From the NCBI GenBank assembly GCA_000165345.1, contig CM000432.1:736001-800000 (forward strand): 64,000 nt of DNA, read 5' to 3'. The notes under the pieces are model-generated. The model made no database searches, was not told where the DNA came from, and worked only from the letters and a program-made list of their open reading frames with translations. Shown one piece after another: positions 61,501-64,000 of this stretch; the stretch's first letter is position 1; each line of letters starts with the position of its first letter. The position numbers and the translations under genes are program-made.

Positions 61501-62541
61501 GGAGGTATTATGTTGGTAAGTAAACATTCAATTGATAACCGACAGGATTTCCGTAAATCGATTTGGTTTCCCATTGTGGATATTCCACTTAGATATGAAA
61601 AAGTTTCTTCCATAATTCAAATGGATCTAGTAAATCCTGAATTACAAAGTTTGCACATGGATAGTCCAGAGAACCACAAGAATCATAGAAGCCCGGATAG
61701 AAGCACTTCCAGATTTGGAAAAATTACAAAAGATATTGACTCAAGTGGTTTTTGTTTCTCATGCATATTATCTGACTTAGGTGGTAAGAAGCAAAGACTT
61801 TGGAGCTTCGGTGGACAAGACAAGCTACTTTCTTTGGACTTAATTGGAATGTTGAATAGTGTTTTCTCAGTTCAAGGGAATAGTCGGAAAGAAAATGGAG
61901 GAAATATAAATAACAACCTTAGCAATGATGTCATTACTATTGAGAGTGGCTCTGGAAATCCTCAAAGCTTTGGATTGAAAGATATCGAAGAATCCCAAAA
62001 AGTGGAGTGGATATTTCTTAAAGAAAAGAACCTCGTTCTTTACGTTGGATTTAATAGTCCTGGTAATCTGACAATATTAGTCTTTTGGGACATTCAAAAA
62101 AAAGTAGACGCCAAAGTTCACAAGGTCATCTTCATTCCTAGTTTATTTACAGAGTCAGTTTGCTGGGATAAGTACAGAAAAGGACTTTTAATTCTAGGGC
62201 GTCAAATATCGAATGCAGACACAAAGTCTCAATTGCAAACAGAGGATAAAACTGGGTCAAGTCAAAGTATCAATAACGAGGAAGGAAACATATACTTTCT
62301 CCAAGAGAGACATTGGACCTCCAAGAACAATAATGCTTTGCAAATACTAACACTTAAAAGTTCATTTGAGCTACTGTTAAATATGAACATAAGGAGAACA
62401 TTCTCTCTTGACCACAATTCGCCAGATTTTAAACGTTCTACTATAAAATGCACGGAAAAACTCATAATACTGAATTCATATTTAGCATTCCTTGTTTTTA
62501 AAATCTCCAAAAAAAACCAAACAACCGAGAACCTCGGATGA
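58561..62541 (+). CDS. BEACH-domain protein (PH-like + BEACH; neurobeachin/LYST/FAN-like) with a long C-terminal region
   Basis: [11 protein letters not shown] ... LSKPLGSIN ... [31 protein letters not shown] ... [13 protein letters not shown] ... [31 protein letters not shown] is a complete BEACH signature. The ORF-track start 58555 is TTG; the ATG is at 58561. Confidence 0.88.
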   Translation: [1326 protein letters not shown]

Positions 62542-62952
62542 GCTACTCAAAGCAATACTTTGAATAGTAGAAATAAGCCTAGTATAACTTTTACTCTACT
62601 CTCGCACACCACTTGTTTGTCTATTTACTAATTCATAGCAAAAATGCATTTACCGCCCCCACTTCGTAATTGCATGCAAAAATCACATCATCCACATGTA
62701 ATCTCCTTCGAGTGCTTTACACCAGCAATATAGGCGGGAGGGGAAAAAAGAATGATACCCATTCGGAATAGATGACCAAGGATTGACCAACTGAGTATAG
62801 AAAAGTTAAAAGTTATTGATTTGAGAATAGCTTTTTCTGGAAAAGGAAATGAACTGGAGGAAATATTACTAGTAATAAATCAAAAAAAGCAAAGGGATCT
62901 CACACAGAAAGAACTTCAAGGGGGGTAAGCTTAAAGAGAAGAATTCTCTCAT

Positions 62953-64000
62953 TTATAGCTTATTTCCTAATTTGTTGTTGATTATTACATAAAGCTTCTC
63001 GACTTTGTCCAAGTATACCTTGTTTGCCTTGTGTCTCATAAGCTTGTTTGTTGGGGTTAATAGGCCATTTTCAACTGTGAACCCATCACATTCAAGATAA
63101 AAATCATTGACCTTCTTGAATCCCTTTATTCCTTGCTGGTCTTCCACATGTTTAAGAGAAGCAATAATTTCTTCACGGAGAGGAGTATTGGTGTTTTCTT
63201 CAAAGTATTTTGTGTTTGCTTCAGTACATATCTGTTTAAATTGAGCTTGCCAATCTGAGGAAATAATTACCCCATTTTTTTTTGACCAATCTTTAACGAA
63301 CTCGGAATCTGGAACAATTACTGCAACAATCACAGACTCTGTAGTTTTAGCGGTGATGAACATTTGTCCAACTATTTGAGAATGAGCAATATAAATATTT
63401 TCAAGAGTCTCTGGTGAGATATACTCACCTTGAGAAAGCTTGAATAAGTGTTTTCTTCTGTCAATAATTCTAATTGCACCGCTGTCAGTCAATTCGGCAA
63501 TATCTCCAGTATGTAACCACCCATCCTTGTCAATAGCCTCGGCTGTTTCCTTTGGCTGTTTAAGGTATCCTTTAAAAATAGTAGTACCTCTAATCAAAAG
63601 CTCACCCCTTATTGGATAGCTTTTGGCATCATAGTCCATTTCTGGAATACTCAAAAATCTAAATTCTATGCATGGAATTGGTCCTCCAACATTGTTCACG
63701 CTCAAGTCTGTGAATTCTGGACAAAACGCAGCTAGAGCCTCTGTTGTACCATACCCCTGTACTACATGAGTTCTCAGTAAAGCCCTCATATCTCTCTGAG
63801 TATGCTCATCCAATGGAGCTGCTCCACTTAATGTAAACTTAATCTTCCCTCCAAGAACGTTGCTAATCTTCTTAAATGATAAAGAATCATATAGCCAGTG
63901 CTTGACTGGATGATTACTATGAACCTTTCTTCTTAAAATCTTGAAGAAAAACTTCTGTACGCCATCACTCTTCTTCCTTACTTCTTGTAGTACTTTCCCT
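62953..64000 (-). CDS. Long-chain acyl-CoA synthetase (AMP-binding enzyme), C-terminal part; 5' end lies beyond the right window edge
   Basis: GYGTTE, GWLHTGDIAELTDSGAIRIIDRRKHLFKLSQGEYISPETLENIY, and the frame stays open upstream of the ORF-track Met (63813) to position 64000 (...GKVLQEVRKKSDGVQKFFFKILRRKVHSNHPVK...). Confidence 0.85.
   Translation of the reverse strand, partial: GKVLQEVRKKSDGVQKFFFKILRRKVHSNHPVKHWLYDSLSFKKISNVLGGKIKFTLSGAAPLDEHTQRDMRALLRTHVVQGYGTTEALAAFCPEFTDLSVNNVGGPIPCIEFRFLSIPEMDYDAKSYPIRGELLIRGTTIFKGYLKQPKETAEAIDKDGWLHTGDIAELTDSGAIRIIDRRKHLFKLSQGEYISPETLENIYIAHSQIVGQMFITAKTTESVIVAVIVPDSEFVKDWSKKNGVIISSDWQAQFKQICTEANTKYFEENTNTPLREEIIASLKHVEDQQGIKGFKKVNDFYLECDGFTVENGLLTPTNKLMRHKANKVYLDKVEKLYVIINNKLGNKL

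Overview
The window is 64 kb of AT-rich (~70% AT), gene-dense eukaryotic nuclear DNA read with the standard genetic code, carrying roughly 34 protein-coding genes on both strands and no rRNA, tRNA, CRISPR array or mobile element that I can support. The gene content points to an alveolate, most likely an apicomplexan. It includes two alveolin (IMC) genes with EKIVEVP-type repeats, a calcium-dependent protein kinase, and a soluble-type adenylyl cyclase with tandem cyclase-homology domains. ALG6 is present and genes are mostly intron-less with short (50-140 nt) GTAAGT introns. GCATGC and E2F-like TTTGGCGG / GGCGCC motifs recur in the intergenic DNA. All of this is consistent with Cryptosporidium, which I infer rather than prove. 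Recognisable housekeeping genes include eIF6, RPS3a, histone H3, SmD2, SNRNP40-like, Rrp3/DDX47, TRM1, Rpb10, an AC19/Rpb11-like subunit, GRWD1, a cullin, Hsp110 and phosphoacetylglucosamine mutase. The ORF track uses non-ATG starts (TTG/GTG shown as M) and misses spliced genes. I corrected several start codons and recovered spliced models for Rpb10, a Tim17/22/23-family protein, Mob1, GRWD1, AC19 and two small unknown genes. The loci I rate most worth a second look are a signal-peptide-bearing kinase-like protein with an atypical HCDLCHPN catalytic loop, a divergent alveolin gene pair sharing a TGCATG-rich promoter, a GATA-type zinc finger split by a ~50-residue insertion (its gene also carries a hexanucleotide microsatellite), and a 26-nt C-tract (G-quadruplex candidate) in a divergent promoter. 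No prokaryote-style defence system is present.
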